Origin: Rhodospirillales bacterium
Lineage (GTDB): Bacteria; Pseudomonadota; Alphaproteobacteria; Bin95
NCBI GenBank assembly: GCA_038143065.1
Contig: JAYQLI010000004.1
Coordinates: 1 to 49,441, forward strand
Direction of reading: 5' to 3'
Length of the DNA: 49,441 nucleotides
The notes below the pieces were generated by a model, which had not been told where the DNA came from, made no database searches, and saw only the letters and a list, made by a program, of their open reading frames with translations. Each line of letters starts with the position of its first letter. Within the stretch, counting starts at the first letter, position 1. Below are positions 11,058 to 20,994 of the stretch, one piece after another. The position numbers and the translations under genes are program-made.

Positions 11058-11194
11058 TTCCCTGTTAACAGGGAAATTTACAGGGAAAACCATCAGGATC
11101 TGCTACTATTCGTGCTGCAAAGCCCAGTATTTATTGAGCAACGCTGATTTTACTTGCAAATTTAACAGGGAATTTAATTCGCAAGAACAGGGAA
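11058..11194. repeat. ACAGGGAA repeat cluster with 18-bp palindrome at putative island end
   Basis: TTCCCTGTTAACAGGGAA (11058-11075) plus ACAGGGAA at ~11080, ~11165 and ~11187, about 200 bp upstream of the integrase start. Confidence 0.7.
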
Positions 11195-11292
11195 ATTTAA
11201 CTTAAAAAGAAGAAGAAAAAGCACGACAAAACACACTTATTAGGATTTTGTTAGAAGATGAAACGCGGGCCAGAGTTTTAGATGTTTAGGGA

Positions 11293-11510
11293 GTGATAGG
11301 ATTGGAAGTCGACCCTTTTTCTGCACCTGGGAAATTCTGGCGAGGCAATTTACACACCCATTCTACCCGCTCGGACGGGGTACTTGATCCAGATGAAGTC
11401 GCTCGTTGTTATCAGCTTGAAGAGTATGACTTTTTAGTAATGACAGACCACTTCGTAGGTTTGTTTGACTATCCCTTGACCAACATTCAATACTCCGAAA
11501 ACGAGAACTT
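11293..11510 (+). pseudogene. N-terminal fragment of a PHP-domain (CehA/McbA-like) metallohydrolase
   Basis: FWRGNLHTHSTRSDG and TDHF match 32088-33008. Similarity ends after ~73 aa. Confidence 0.8.
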
Positions 11511-11541
11511 CAGAAGGCTGGCTGGTCAAAAAAGGGTAAAT

Positions 11542-11590
11542 AAAAACCAAAATGACCGCCCAACATGGAGAAACTCCTTGTTGAACGGCC
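11542..11590 (-). terminator. Probable intrinsic terminator downstream of the RNA array
   Basis: Minus strand: GGCCGTTCAACA-AGGAGTTTCTCCA-TGTTGGGCGGTC stem followed by ATTTTGGTTTTT. Confidence 0.55.
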
Positions 11591-11603
11591 ACTTGTTCTA
11601 ATC

Positions 11604-12065
11604 CATCTGTCAGCCACCTTCAGCATGGGCGAACCATTGCGTCCTGCGTCTCAGTTAACGGGCACATTATCCGAAGATAACACTTCCGCCACCTAATCGC
11701 CGATGCCTTCGATGATAATGATCCAAAGATCAAAACCTTTCCAACATCTGTAGTCTAACTCGCCGATTACCTTCAGCATTAGCGAGCCAATGCTTCCTGC
11801 GTTTTAGTCAAAGGGCGTAAAATCCGAAAACATTACTCACTTTTTCTATCACGCCGATGCCTTTCCGTTTTCTTATCCGAAGATCAGAACCTTCCCAGCA
11901 TCTGTAATCTAACTCACCAGTTACCTTCAGCGTTAGCGAACTTACGCCTCCTGCGTTTAATTTGTTTCCGCAATCTCCGAAGAGTTTGTTTTCACAATTT
12001 GACCGCCGATGCTTTTGTGGATAATAATCCGAAGATCATAACCTCTCCAACATCTGTAATCCAAC
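11604..12065 (-). ncRNA. Tandem array of three ~153-nt structured RNA units, family unknown
   Basis: ACCTTCAGC recurs at 11616/11769/11923 and CATCTG at 11745/11899/12051. Minus-strand hairpins are mostly UUCG-capped, with compensatory changes between units. No ORF spans it. Confidence 0.7.
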
Positions 12066-12265
12066 AGTGGTACATCCGTTTTAGCCTTAAATCCGTTGCC
12101 AGTTTTAAGCCTGAAATTTCGATACCCCCCAGACTAGATTAACTTTTAAAATTACACGAGATCTGCCATCCACAAAGCCCAAAATGCGGCATTTTGACAA
12201 GGTGGCTGACTTATCCCCAACTTTCTTATCTTACTCACATTTTTATCCACAAAAACTGTGGAAAA
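12016..12265. promoter_or_regulatory. Cluster of DnaA-box-like 9-mers
   Basis: TGTGGATAA 12016-24, TTATCCCCA 12211-19, TTATCCACA 12243-51, TGTGGAAAA 12257-65. Confidence 0.45.
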
Positions 12266-12319
12266 AGTCATCAAACCTTAACAATTCACGATTTTCAAAA
12301 GAATCAGGAAGCATTGATT

Positions 12320-12527
12320 ATGAGCGAAGACCGCCTTCACACGCATGGAGGATAAGATCGACAAATTGTCAGAAGCTGTCCACGCCATCGCTCGAATGGA
12401 AGAGCGAATGCTTACCGTCTTTAAGCGGCTGTAAAACGTGGACGGCAGCATAAAGAAAATGGATGACCGCATCGATGAGATGGAAAAACAGGCCCTTGCC
12501 AGAGGTCAAAAAATTGCATTTGCTGAA
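12320..12527 (+). pseudogene. Phage-like coiled-coil protein remnant, cut by IS3
   Basis: MSEDRL..RMEDKIDKLSEAVHAIARMEERMLTVFKRL*NVDG...GQKIAFAE, with a frameshift and a stop. Ends exactly at the IS end. Confidence 0.5.
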
Positions 12528-12722
12528 TGTCTAGCCCCCTATATTCGCCCATTGATTTTTGGTTTCTCTAATATGGTTTCTGGGGCGGGTGGGCGCATGT
12601 TTAATGCGTGATGAGGTCTGATCTGGTTATATTGCCTAAGCCAAACATTGATAGCGACCTGAGCTTGTCGTGTGGTGTGGAACCATTCAGCGTTGAGGAT
12701 TTCTTTTCGTAGGGTCCCATAG
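12528..12722 (-). mobile_element. IS3-family right-end remnant (orfB C-terminus)
   Basis: Minus-strand GTLRKEILNAEWF...WLRQYNQIRPHHALNMRPP. Terminus TGTCTAGCCCCC at 12528. Confidence 0.8.
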
Positions 12723-12732
12723 TTCTATCTAG

Positions 12733-13200
12733 CTGGATTCGAGGCAAATGGAGCCTTTGAACAGCGTGTTTTGACGAATGACCTTCAGGGCTTTGCTGAG
12801 GCAAAGCAACAACCGCTGCAGAGCCCTGAAGATTTTGTTTTAGAAATATTGGAGCGTTTGCGTGATGAGAAATTCACCCTAATAGCTTACAGTACAGCTG
12901 AAATGACAATTATAAAAAACTTTTAAATACAGGTCATCAACACAAGACTTTGCAGATCTGCGTTATCTTAATTTGCTGACAGCAGCAAAGCGTTGGATAC
13001 GAAAATACAGAAAAAATGACTTTGAAGCTTTGCCACCACTTAGACTTGGAGCTAACTTTTCCACCCAAAAACGGCAAAGATATTCTCTTGCTTCCGTGAT
13101 GCGTCGGACAAGTTATCATGCAGAAAATGATTATGCTCCAGGCAAGACGACAAGCCGTTCAATGCCGCAATTAGCGCGCTAAAACTTAAAGAGCAAATCT
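12733..13200 (+). pseudogene. Fragment of an unknown protein, truncated at both ends
   Basis: Protein-like reading across frameshifts (…FTLIAYSTAEM…YLNLLTAAKRWIRKY…YSLASVMR…). Function not recognised. Confidence 0.35.
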
Positions 13201-13447
13201 TTGATTACTTGGGCATCGTGAGGTAACTCATATCAGACCTAGACTATTTTTCATTTTTTTCTGCTTGATAAGAAATTGTTACAAAACACGCCTACACAAA
13301 CAGGGTAACATGAGGGATTTAAGATGGCTTGGTTATGCAAATACTTGTTTAATTTTCAACTTTTAATTTCAGCATTGTAAGCTCTGACATAAGCAACTGT
13401 TGCGTTAGTTCCGATGATTTTAAGTAGCAAGGCATTCGTAAAATCGC

Positions 13448-14293
13448 ATGGATCTCATTATAGATAGGCTGATACATGAGCGAGCGCCATGGCTTTCGTC
13501 ACAATCGCCTTTAACGGCTGCGTTAGATACATTTCTAAAATTCTGTCTTGATTACGATAATACAGTTACCGAGGCTAAAAATCTGGAGCACCTATCGGGT
13601 ACGGATGTGCTAAACAAACTCAGTACTGAAATTGCGCGCCAAGTAAATATCGCTGGTTTACAGAATATTCCAGAAACTGGATCGGCGTTAATCGTTGCCA
13701 ATCATCCAACCGGCATCGCAGACGCCATAATTTTATACAAAGTACTCAGCACTAAGCGGCGAGATTTGTATTATTGTGCAAATAATGACATTTTACGTGT
13801 CTTCCCACAACTAGAAGAACATATTGCGCCAGTAGAATGGCGCAAAGAAAAACGCAGAAAATCAAGCACACAAGCCACTCTGCGCTTCATAAAAACTGCG
13901 ATTGAAAATGAAAAATTGGGTGTGATATTTCCATCTGGGCGACTTGCGAAGCGCAAAGGCTTTAAATTGGTTGAACGAAACTGGATGACGTCTGCTGTAA
14001 CAGTGGCACAAAAATACAATTGTCCGCTTATCCCAGTCCATATAGCTGCACGAAACTCTTATCTCTTTTATTTATTTGACATGATTCATCCGACCTTGCG
14101 CGATATTACGCTGTTTAAAGAGACTTTGAACAAAAGGCGCTTTCGTTTTGACGTCAATATTGGTCCGTCAGTTTGCCCGCAGTCGCTAAGTCGGGATCCA
14201 AAAATTGCTACCAATATGTTGAAAGAAATCGTGATTTCTCTGATAAGCGGGCAGAAAATACTCAGAAACGCAATGTGCCGCAGCATTGGTTAG
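13448..14293 (+). CDS. Lysophospholipid acyltransferase family protein (PlsC-fold), type A
   Basis: ANHPTGIAD (HxxxxD) and IFPSG blocks. Confidence 0.85.
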   Translation: MDLIIDRLIHERAPWLSSQSPLTAALDTFLKFCLDYDNTVTEAKNLEHLSGTDVLNKLSTEIARQVNIAGLQNIPETGSALIVANHPTGIADAIILYKVLSTKRRDLYYCANNDILRVFPQLEEHIAPVEWRKEKRRKSSTQATLRFIKTAIENEKLGVIFPSGRLAKRKGFKLVERNWMTSAVTVAQKYNCPLIPVHIAARNSYLFYLFDMIHPTLRDITLFKETLNKRRFRFDVNIGPSVCPQSLSRDPKIATNMLKEIVISLISGQKILRNAMCRSIG

Positions 14294-14332
14294 ATATTTT
14301 GCAAGCGATAAATTAATTCGAGGCATAAAAAC

Positions 14333-15210
14333 ATGTTAGAGAATGCTAAAGACGTAAAAGAAATTAGTTATGCACATTCGGCCCAGTCAAAAGGCGGGCG
14401 AACTATCATTAAGCTTATGGAGAATATGACAGGTCGCATTGGGCTGCTTAAGCGGGCCAGAGGATATCAAGATGAAATTAAGGCAGGTTATTCCTTTTGA
14501 ATGTTATTGTTGAACGATATGGTCTGGAGCTTGATGTACTGCTTGGTTCGCTTTCGACCATTCCCAAAGAAGGCCCGTTAATTGTTATTTCAAACCATCC
14601 CTATGGTATTTTAGATGGATTGATGTTGGGTCGTATTTTGGATGAAACACGTCCAGATTTTCGGATATTAGCCCATAAAGTCTTCAAAAAATCTGAAGAC
14701 CTTAATCGAGTAATTTTACCAATTTCTTTTGATGCCAACAAAGAGGCCTTAGAAATAAATCTTCAAACGCGGAAAACTGCGTTGGATTATCTGAAAAATG
14801 ATGGATGCATAGGCATCTTTCCAGGCGGTACCGTCTCAACTGCAGCGAAGCCATTTTCTCAGCCCTTGGATCCTAATTGGAGAGCCTTCACTGCGCGCCT
14901 GATCATCAAATCGAACGCTTCTGTGGTTCCGATTTACTTTGACGGCCATACAAGCCGACTGTTCCAACTTGCAAGTCATTTGCATTACACGCTGCGCATG
15001 GGTTTAATGATAAATGAGTTTAGATCTCGCGTGGATAGTAAAGTCAAGGTCGCCGTCGGAGAGCCTATGACCTTCCAAGAACTTGCTCCATACGCCAAAG
15101 ATACAAGGGCTTTAATGGATTATTTACGTCAGAAAACCTATGAACTTTCAACGAATGCGGATCTCGGGCTTGAGTATGGTTATGAATTTGAAGACAAGTA
15201 CAAGCCATAG
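14333..15210 (+). CDS. Lysophospholipid acyltransferase family protein, type B (frameshift ~14498)
   Basis: SNHPYGILD and IFPGG blocks. The N-terminal part from ATG 14333 (MLENAKDVKEISYA…) joins if one G is added. Confidence 0.85.
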
Positions 15211-15240
15211 TCAGCAGTTATCATCCAAATTAACAGAAAT

Positions 15241-15822
15241 CACGGCTCTGGCTGAACGATGGATCGTGCGTGCGCCTCAAGCCTGAACGCGCGAACCATG
15301 TCTGGTCCTATGACTTCATCCAAGATCGCACGGCTGACGGGCGGGCCTATCGGACACTGAACATCATCGATGAATACACACGGGAGGCACTTATGATCCG
15401 CGTCGATCGCAAGCTCAACTCAACCGATGTGCTGGACGCTTTGACGGACCTGTTCATACTGCGTGGGCCACCAGAATACATCAGGTCAGATAACGGCCCT
15501 GAGTTCATTGCACAGAAGGTGCGGGACTGGATCGCCGCTGTCGGCGCCAAAACCGCCTATATCGAACCTGGATCACCCTGGGAAAATGGATACTGTGAAA
15601 GCTTCAACGCTCGGTTCCGCGACGAGCTGCTCAATGGCGAACTGTTCTACGGCTTAAAGGAGGCCCAAATCCTAATCGAGAAATGGCGCATTCATTACAA
15701 CACCGTCAGGCCACACAGTTCATTGGGCTATCGTCCGCCTGCATCGGATAGCATCGTTCCGATGGACCAAAGGCCGACAATACACTTACATTCAAACCGG
15801 ATCACCCAATGGGGGCACGCCA
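15241..15822 (+). mobile_element. IS3-family transposase orfB fragment with right end
   Basis: VWSYDF, IRSDNGPEF, SPWENGYCESFN (DDE) and YNTVRPHSSLG. End ...GGGGGCACGCCA at ~15822. 5' part is missing. Confidence 0.9.
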
Positions 15823-16075
15823 GGGTTAGGCATGGCATAGACGCTAATTTGCACAGCACTTTAGGGCAAGGTGGTTTATTCTGACAGAGCCGCCAATAGC
15901 GCCGTTTCAGAAAGTCTTTTGATCTGGCTCTTATATTCTACTCACAACGAACCACAAATACGTATGCTGCAAAGGGCATCAGTAACGAGTATGCTAACGC
16001 TGGCATGATCGGTTCACATTTCTTTCACAATTTGCAATACAAATTTAACAATCTTTTTACCAAAATTTAATACTG

Positions 16076-16093
16076 CCGTCATTGAGCTGTCAT
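16076..16093 (+). promoter_or_regulatory. Pho box
   Basis: CCGTCAT-TGAG-CTGTCAT about 50 bp upstream of the phnD-like gene. Confidence 0.75.
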
Positions 16094-16143
16094 AATTTTA
16101 TGATGTCCACCCTGTATTGTTATTTACATGGAGCAAATCAAAA

Positions 16144-17043
16144 ATGACAAATCTTAAGCGCCAATTATCGGCCATAATTGCAACATTTATATTAGCTTCT
16201 ACCAACGTTGTATTAGCTGGGTCACATAGCAAGACCTACACGATGACGGTGACTGATGCTGAATCTATGGAAGAAATGATTTCTGAATGGGGTCCATTGG
16301 CAGAAGCGCTGGGATCAATACTGAACGCAGAGATGAAATTGATACAAGTCGCCAGTCATACCGGAGCAGCGGAAGCGATGCGAGCTGGCAAAGTCGACTT
16401 AGCCTTCACAGGACCTGCCGAGTATGTTGCTATAAACAAGCTCACAAACGGCGAAGCAATGATCGGGATAGCACGACCTGATTATTATTGTGGCATAGTG
16501 GTAAAAACAGCGGACGGTTACACAAAGGCATCTGATCTAAAAGGAAAGAAGATTTCTTTCAAACAGGGGTCTACTTCTTATCACTTCTGTCCAATGAAGT
16601 TACTTAAGGATTATGGCATCGATCCTCTTACTGATATTGAAGCAGTTTTTACAAGTAAATCCTTACAACACCCTGCAATGGTGCGCGGTGATACAGACGC
16701 CATGGCCACGAATGTCAGAAGTTGGATAAAAAATGATAGGAGCAAAGAACCTACAGGAAATGGTGATTACAAGGTCTTGCTTCGTTCAGGTGATCTACCC
16801 ATGGATATGATTATGGCAGGTGGGCATATCAAAGGTCAAGAATATGACACAATCAAAAATGCAATTGTAGAAAATGAAACAATGTTATTGGAGGCACTTT
16901 TCAGAGGTGTCGATGCTAATGACGGTTCTTCTGCCCATTCCAAATACAAGGGGACTAGGCTAGTCCCCGTAGTAGACTCAGACTACGATGTGGTTAGAGA
17001 AATGTATGTTGCAGTCGGCATGCCTGAGTTCACTTTAGATTGA
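16144..17043 (+). CDS. phnD: Phosphate/phosphite/phosphonate ABC substrate-binding protein (PhnD family), module copy 1
   Basis: Signal peptide, FTGPAEYV, DLKGKKISF and GSTSYH motifs. Followed by phnC and phnE. Confidence 0.8.
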   Translation: MTNLKRQLSAIIATFILASTNVVLAGSHSKTYTMTVTDAESMEEMISEWGPLAEALGSILNAEMKLIQVASHTGAAEAMRAGKVDLAFTGPAEYVAINKLTNGEAMIGIARPDYYCGIVVKTADGYTKASDLKGKKISFKQGSTSYHFCPMKLLKDYGIDPLTDIEAVFTSKSLQHPAMVRGDTDAMATNVRSWIKNDRSKEPTGNGDYKVLLRSGDLPMDMIMAGGHIKGQEYDTIKNAIVENETMLLEALFRGVDANDGSSAHSKYKGTRLVPVVDSDYDVVREMYVAVGMPEFTLD

Positions 17044-17057
17044 TAAAATATCATATA

Positions 17058-17087
17058 GCAGTCCCAGATTGTCACACCTGGGACTGC
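17058..17087 (+). other. Intercistronic stem-loop after phnD
   Basis: GCAGTCCCAG-N10-CTGGGACTGC with no U tract. Confidence 0.6.
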
Positions 17088-17100
17088 GCTAGGTTTTGGC

Positions 17101-17861
17101 ATGAAAACTTTAACAGTATCTAATCTCCACAAGTCTTACAACGATAAGAATGTACTCAACGGGTTGAACTTCGAGGTATCAAAAGGCGAAGCCATATCCA
17201 TTATTGGCTCCAATGGCGCGGGCAAATCAACTTTAATAAAATGCATCCTCTTTTTGACAAAACCAGATAGTGGCTCAGTCGATATATTTGAAAATAGAGT
17301 GAATAATCTATCACAATCTGCACTTAGGAAATTAAGATCCAAAGTTGGCGTCGTGTTCCAAAAGCACAACCTAGTTCCACGTTTGTCTGTGCTTTCAAAT
17401 GTTATTCATGGAGGCATTGGTGAAGCCAATACTAGTTCTATGCTTCCGCTCTCGGCTATCACTAGATGGACACATGTAACCGCATCAGGTGCGATTAGAT
17501 CAAAAGCTGTAGATTGCTTAAAGATGGTGGGGTTGGAGAGCTTAGCTCTAAAAAGAGCTGACTCACTGTCAGGAGGTCAATCGCAGCGAGTGGCAATTGC
17601 TCGAGCCCTCATGCAAAACCCAGAAATCATTATCGCGGATGAGCCTGCTGCAAGTCTCGATCCTGTAGCAGGCCAACAGGTCATGGATCTGTTTTTTAAA
17701 TTGTGTAAAGAACAAAATATTACACTCTTATTTACCTCTCACAATACTGACCAGGCTTTGGATTATGCCGATAGAACCATTGCGCTGAAAATGGAAAAAT
17801 TAGCTTAGACGAAAAAACAAATATGCTAAAATCAAAGGATCTCATAAGTGAATATGGATGA
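17101..17861 (+). CDS. phnC: Phosphonate ABC ATP-binding protein (frameshift near C-terminus)
   Basis: [38 protein letters not shown] and [10 protein letters not shown]. Corrected end by comparison with copy 2. Confidence 0.88.
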
Positions 17862-18673
17862 CGCACCAGCCCGCCTTCCCTCCAAATTACATTTTTATTT
17901 GTTAATAATAATAGTATTCTCATTATTTTCAGCCTGGTCATTCTCTGGGTCTGGGTTTTCTGTTTCTAAGTTGATAGAAAGCCCAGAATACCTAATGGAT
18001 TTTCTTAAAAGAGCATTTCCGCCCTTCTCAGAGCACCGAATTACCTGGGATGCATTTTTTAGATATTTGGATGCTTTGCTAGAGACAATTCAGATGGCTT
18101 TTGCTGGAACTGTACTGGGCGTTATATTTGGATTTGTTCTGGCATTGCTGGCCTCTAAAAATTTATTGTTCACCTCCCCTTATCTCAGACCCATAGGAAT
18201 TTTTTCTAAAGGGTTAATTGCATTTTTCAGAACTGTACCTGACCTAGTCTGGGCTATAATATTTGTGGTAGTGGTTGGTCTTGGGTCTTTTGCTGGTACA
18301 CTCGCTATTATGGTGGACACAATAGGGTTCTGTGGGCGATTTTTTGCTGAAGAAATGGAAGAGGTTGATAAAAGTCCTGCAGAAGCTTTGGAGTGTTGTG
18401 GAGCCACCAAAATAGATGCAACTTTTTCAGCTGTCATCCCTGCAGCCATGCCAGGTTTTATTGCAACTTCGCTATTTGCATTTGAAAAAGCGATTAGGTC
18501 TTCTGTAATTCTCGGAATTGTCGGGGCCGGAGGCATCGGCTTACAATTACAAAGCTTATTCAATTTTTTTCTCATATGACCGGGCGATGGTTATAATTGG
18601 AATGATTTTCATACTTGTCTTGGGGATCGAGCAAATCAGCAATTACGCCAGGCAAAAAATTATTTCTCGGTAA
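17854..18673 (+). CDS. phnE: Phosphonate ABC permease (frameshift in T run ~18565)
   Basis: FRTVPDLVWA, RFFAEEMEEVD and SSVILGIVGAGGIG motifs. Confidence 0.88.
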
Positions 18674-18712
18674 TTCAGTTCAATTATCAATAAGAAAGTA
18701 TGTGGATTAAAA

Positions 18713-19951
18713 ATGAATACTCAATCAATTCTTATTCAGGGCGCTAATGTTCTTCTACCAACCGGTACGGTTGAAACATGCGTGTTAATTGAAAATGGGC
18801 TTATTGCTGGAATCGGTGATAACTTTAGGGCTGATATTACAATCATGGGAAAGGGTTTTCTTCTGACGCCCTCTTTGATTGACGTTCATGGCGACTCATT
18901 CGAAAGACAAATTATGCCAAGACCTGGTGTAAAAATACCTCTGGAAATAGCAATTAAAGAGACAGATAAACAACTTGCAACAAATGGTATCACCACTGGT
19001 TATCATGCGATTACATTCAGCTGGGAAGACGGTCTACGGTCAATTGATAGCTCTCAAAAACTTATATCTTTCATAGACAGATTTTCCAATTATTTGTCAG
19101 TCGAAAACAGAATCCAAATAAGGTGGGAAACCTTCGCATTTGAGGCAATTGAATTTATTGAGAAATCGTTTTTGAATACTTTACCCCCAGCACTGGCTTT
19201 CAACGACCACACCTCAATTACTATGCGTCCATTCAACACTACACTGCAGCAAAGACCATTTGAACATTCGCTCGACTTTGAAGCAGCTAATTTAAAAGAT
19301 CCAAGATTGACCGACAGAATTGGCTCAAAGGTTAAGAGGTCCGGTATGAGCGAGAAAGATTATCTAGAAAAGTTGGAGAAAATTTGGGAGAGAAAACCCG
19401 AAGTTCCAAACAAAATAAAAGAGCTTGCTAAAATTGCAAACCTTAGAAACATACCTCTGCTCAGTCATGATGATACGCAAATTGAAACCAGAGATTTCTT
19501 CCGTAAGCTTGGGTCCAAAACTACCGAATTCCCAATGACTGCAGAGGTCACTCAGCATGCTAAAAATGAAAATGATATTACGGTGTTTGGAGCACCCAAT
19601 GTACTTAGAGGGGGCAGTCATACTGGCTCGGTGAGTGCAAGTGATATGGTCGAGGACGGTTTATGCGACGTGCTGGCATCAGACTATTACTACCCAGCAT
19701 TACTTGGAGCAATTCACAAGCTTCATCGAGAGCGACGAGGACCCCTTGAACGTCTCTGGAGTTTGATATCCGGAGGACCAGCAGCTGCAATGAGAATAAA
19801 CGATAGGGGAATTATTGAAATTGGAAAGAGAGGGGATTTGTTGTTGCTAAATTGGTTAGAAGAAGGCTCCCCATTAGTTGCTGCAACAATCTCTAATGGA
19901 AAAATAGTACATTCAAACGGAATAAGACTAGTCCGTTCAAAAAAAGGTTGA
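18713..19951 (+). CDS. phnM: PhnM-like amidohydrolase (ribose-methylphosphonate triphosphate diphosphatase family), module copy 1
   Basis: Intact 412 aa. DVHGDSFERQIMPRPG, FNDH, SHDD, EFP, GAPNVLRGGSH and ASDYY motifs. Confidence 0.85.
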   Translation: MNTQSILIQGANVLLPTGTVETCVLIENGLIAGIGDNFRADITIMGKGFLLTPSLIDVHGDSFERQIMPRPGVKIPLEIAIKETDKQLATNGITTGYHAITFSWEDGLRSIDSSQKLISFIDRFSNYLSVENRIQIRWETFAFEAIEFIEKSFLNTLPPALAFNDHTSITMRPFNTTLQQRPFEHSLDFEAANLKDPRLTDRIGSKVKRSGMSEKDYLEKLEKIWERKPEVPNKIKELAKIANLRNIPLLSHDDTQIETRDFFRKLGSKTTEFPMTAEVTQHAKNENDITVFGAPNVLRGGSHTGSVSASDMVEDGLCDVLASDYYYPALLGAIHKLHRERRGPLERLWSLISGGPAAAMRINDRGIIEIGKRGDLLLLNWLEEGSPLVAATISNGKIVHSNGIRLVRSKKG

Positions 19952-19999
19952 GTTTGCTGTCTATGGATAAAAAATAAGAAGTACATATTCAAATTGTAA

Positions 20000-20270
20000 A
20001 TGGGCTGGCAGGGTCAAAAATTCATCAGTAGCAGCCATATCCATTATAATCTGCGAGTCGCGCTTTCGCTGAATGAATTCCGCAGGCGCACAGAAAAAGC
20101 CGGTCAAGATCACCATCGGAGACCCGATTTCACCAGACACTCTGTCGACTTTTTCGAGCGTCGGAAAAAGCATGATGGATTTCCTGCGTAACCAGACATA
20201 TACGCTGTCCCCTGATTGTGTCCTGTCCTCTGAATACGGCTTCAAGTTTGAAGAACAGTATAGAAGTTGA
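20000..20270 (+). pseudogene. C-terminal fragment of a type-B acyltransferase
   Basis: SHIHYNLRVALSLNEF…MMDFLRNQTY…EYGFKFEEQY parallels the end of 14333-15210. Confidence 0.75.
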
Positions 20271-20313
20271 GCGCAAGCCCCGCTTCGTACAAAATAGTGG
20301 TTTCTTCGTATAA

Positions 20314-20331
20314 CTATCACCTCTCTGTCAT
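20314..20331 (+). promoter_or_regulatory. Pho box
   Basis: CTATCAC-CTCT-CTGTCAT upstream of the GDPD remnant. Confidence 0.55.
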
Positions 20332-20374
20332 GTTCGCATTCGATCCTTCCAACAATACAATTGCAGAAAGTAAA

Positions 20375-20972
20375 ATGCGAAACACTGCTGCTTTCATTTT
20401 GACGTGCTACGGAGCTTTGCCAGTCACAGCACAAATGATTGAAAACATGGAATATGGTCCACGCCCCTACTACCTCATTGATCAGATGCGGGACGGTGTT
20501 TGGCTTCAATCTCTTAACCTCGAAGATGTGCTCTATTGATCGAAGCGGAACCGGAACTCGGTGCGCAGGCGGTTTATTTGATGGATGAGTAAAACAGCGA
20601 GTGCTATTCCCCATGGTTGCGGGCACGTCACCCAACACCATGGAAGAGCTGAAATCGATGGGTGTGAACTACATCGCACCGCGAACATGGATGCTGGTCA
20701 CAACATCCGCAGACGGAGAAATCGTACCGTCAGAGTTGGCTGTGCAAGCCAAAGCAGGCGGGCTGGAGATCATCACATTGACAATCGAGCGGCCTGGCCC
20801 TCTCATGTCCGGTGGCGTCTGGTACTGTTAGTCCATTGCAGACATCACCAATAGTGATGGAGTGATGTATGAATATATCGACGCATTGGCGCAGGATGTT
20901 GGCGTCGTGGGCATCTTCTCTGATTGGTCCGCAACAGTGACCTATTACACAAGCTGCATGGGGCTTGAATAG
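20375..20972 (+). pseudogene. Glycerophosphodiester phosphodiesterase remnant (internal deletion)
   Basis: N-terminal YGPRPYYLIDQM and C-terminal GVNYIAP…DVGVVGIFSDW…YY..CMGL are present. The catalytic middle is missing and there is an in-frame stop at ~20829. Confidence 0.7.
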
Positions 20973-20994
20973 GCCCTTACCTTCGCGTAACGCA

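Noticed and set aside
11604-12065. CRISPR array
   Set aside because: The ~153-bp period has several short conserved blocks and structured, homologous intervening sequence rather than one repeat plus unique spacers. No cas genes are present.
11604-12065. Tandem glycine riboswitch or hammerhead ribozyme
   Set aside because: GGAGAG and GCTGAAGG are superficially similar, but CTCTCAGG is missing and no gene lies downstream. The hammerhead core CTGANGA is not present (CTGAAGG).
11604-12065. IS110 bridge-RNA array as a firm call
   Set aside because: The two-arm layout is suggestive, but the variable arm 2 mostly self-pairs and no IS110 recombinase is in the window. Kept only as a weak hypothesis.
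12016-12265. Chromosomal oriC
   Set aside because: Few boxes, an island context, and none of the usual origin-flanking genes.
13373-13401. Pho box upstream of the 13448 acyltransferase
   Set aside because: One half-site (CTGACAT) with no partner at 11-bp spacing.
19961-20641. 226-aa minus-strand ORF
   Set aside because: Antisense to recognisable acyltransferase and GDPD remnants, with no motif of its own.
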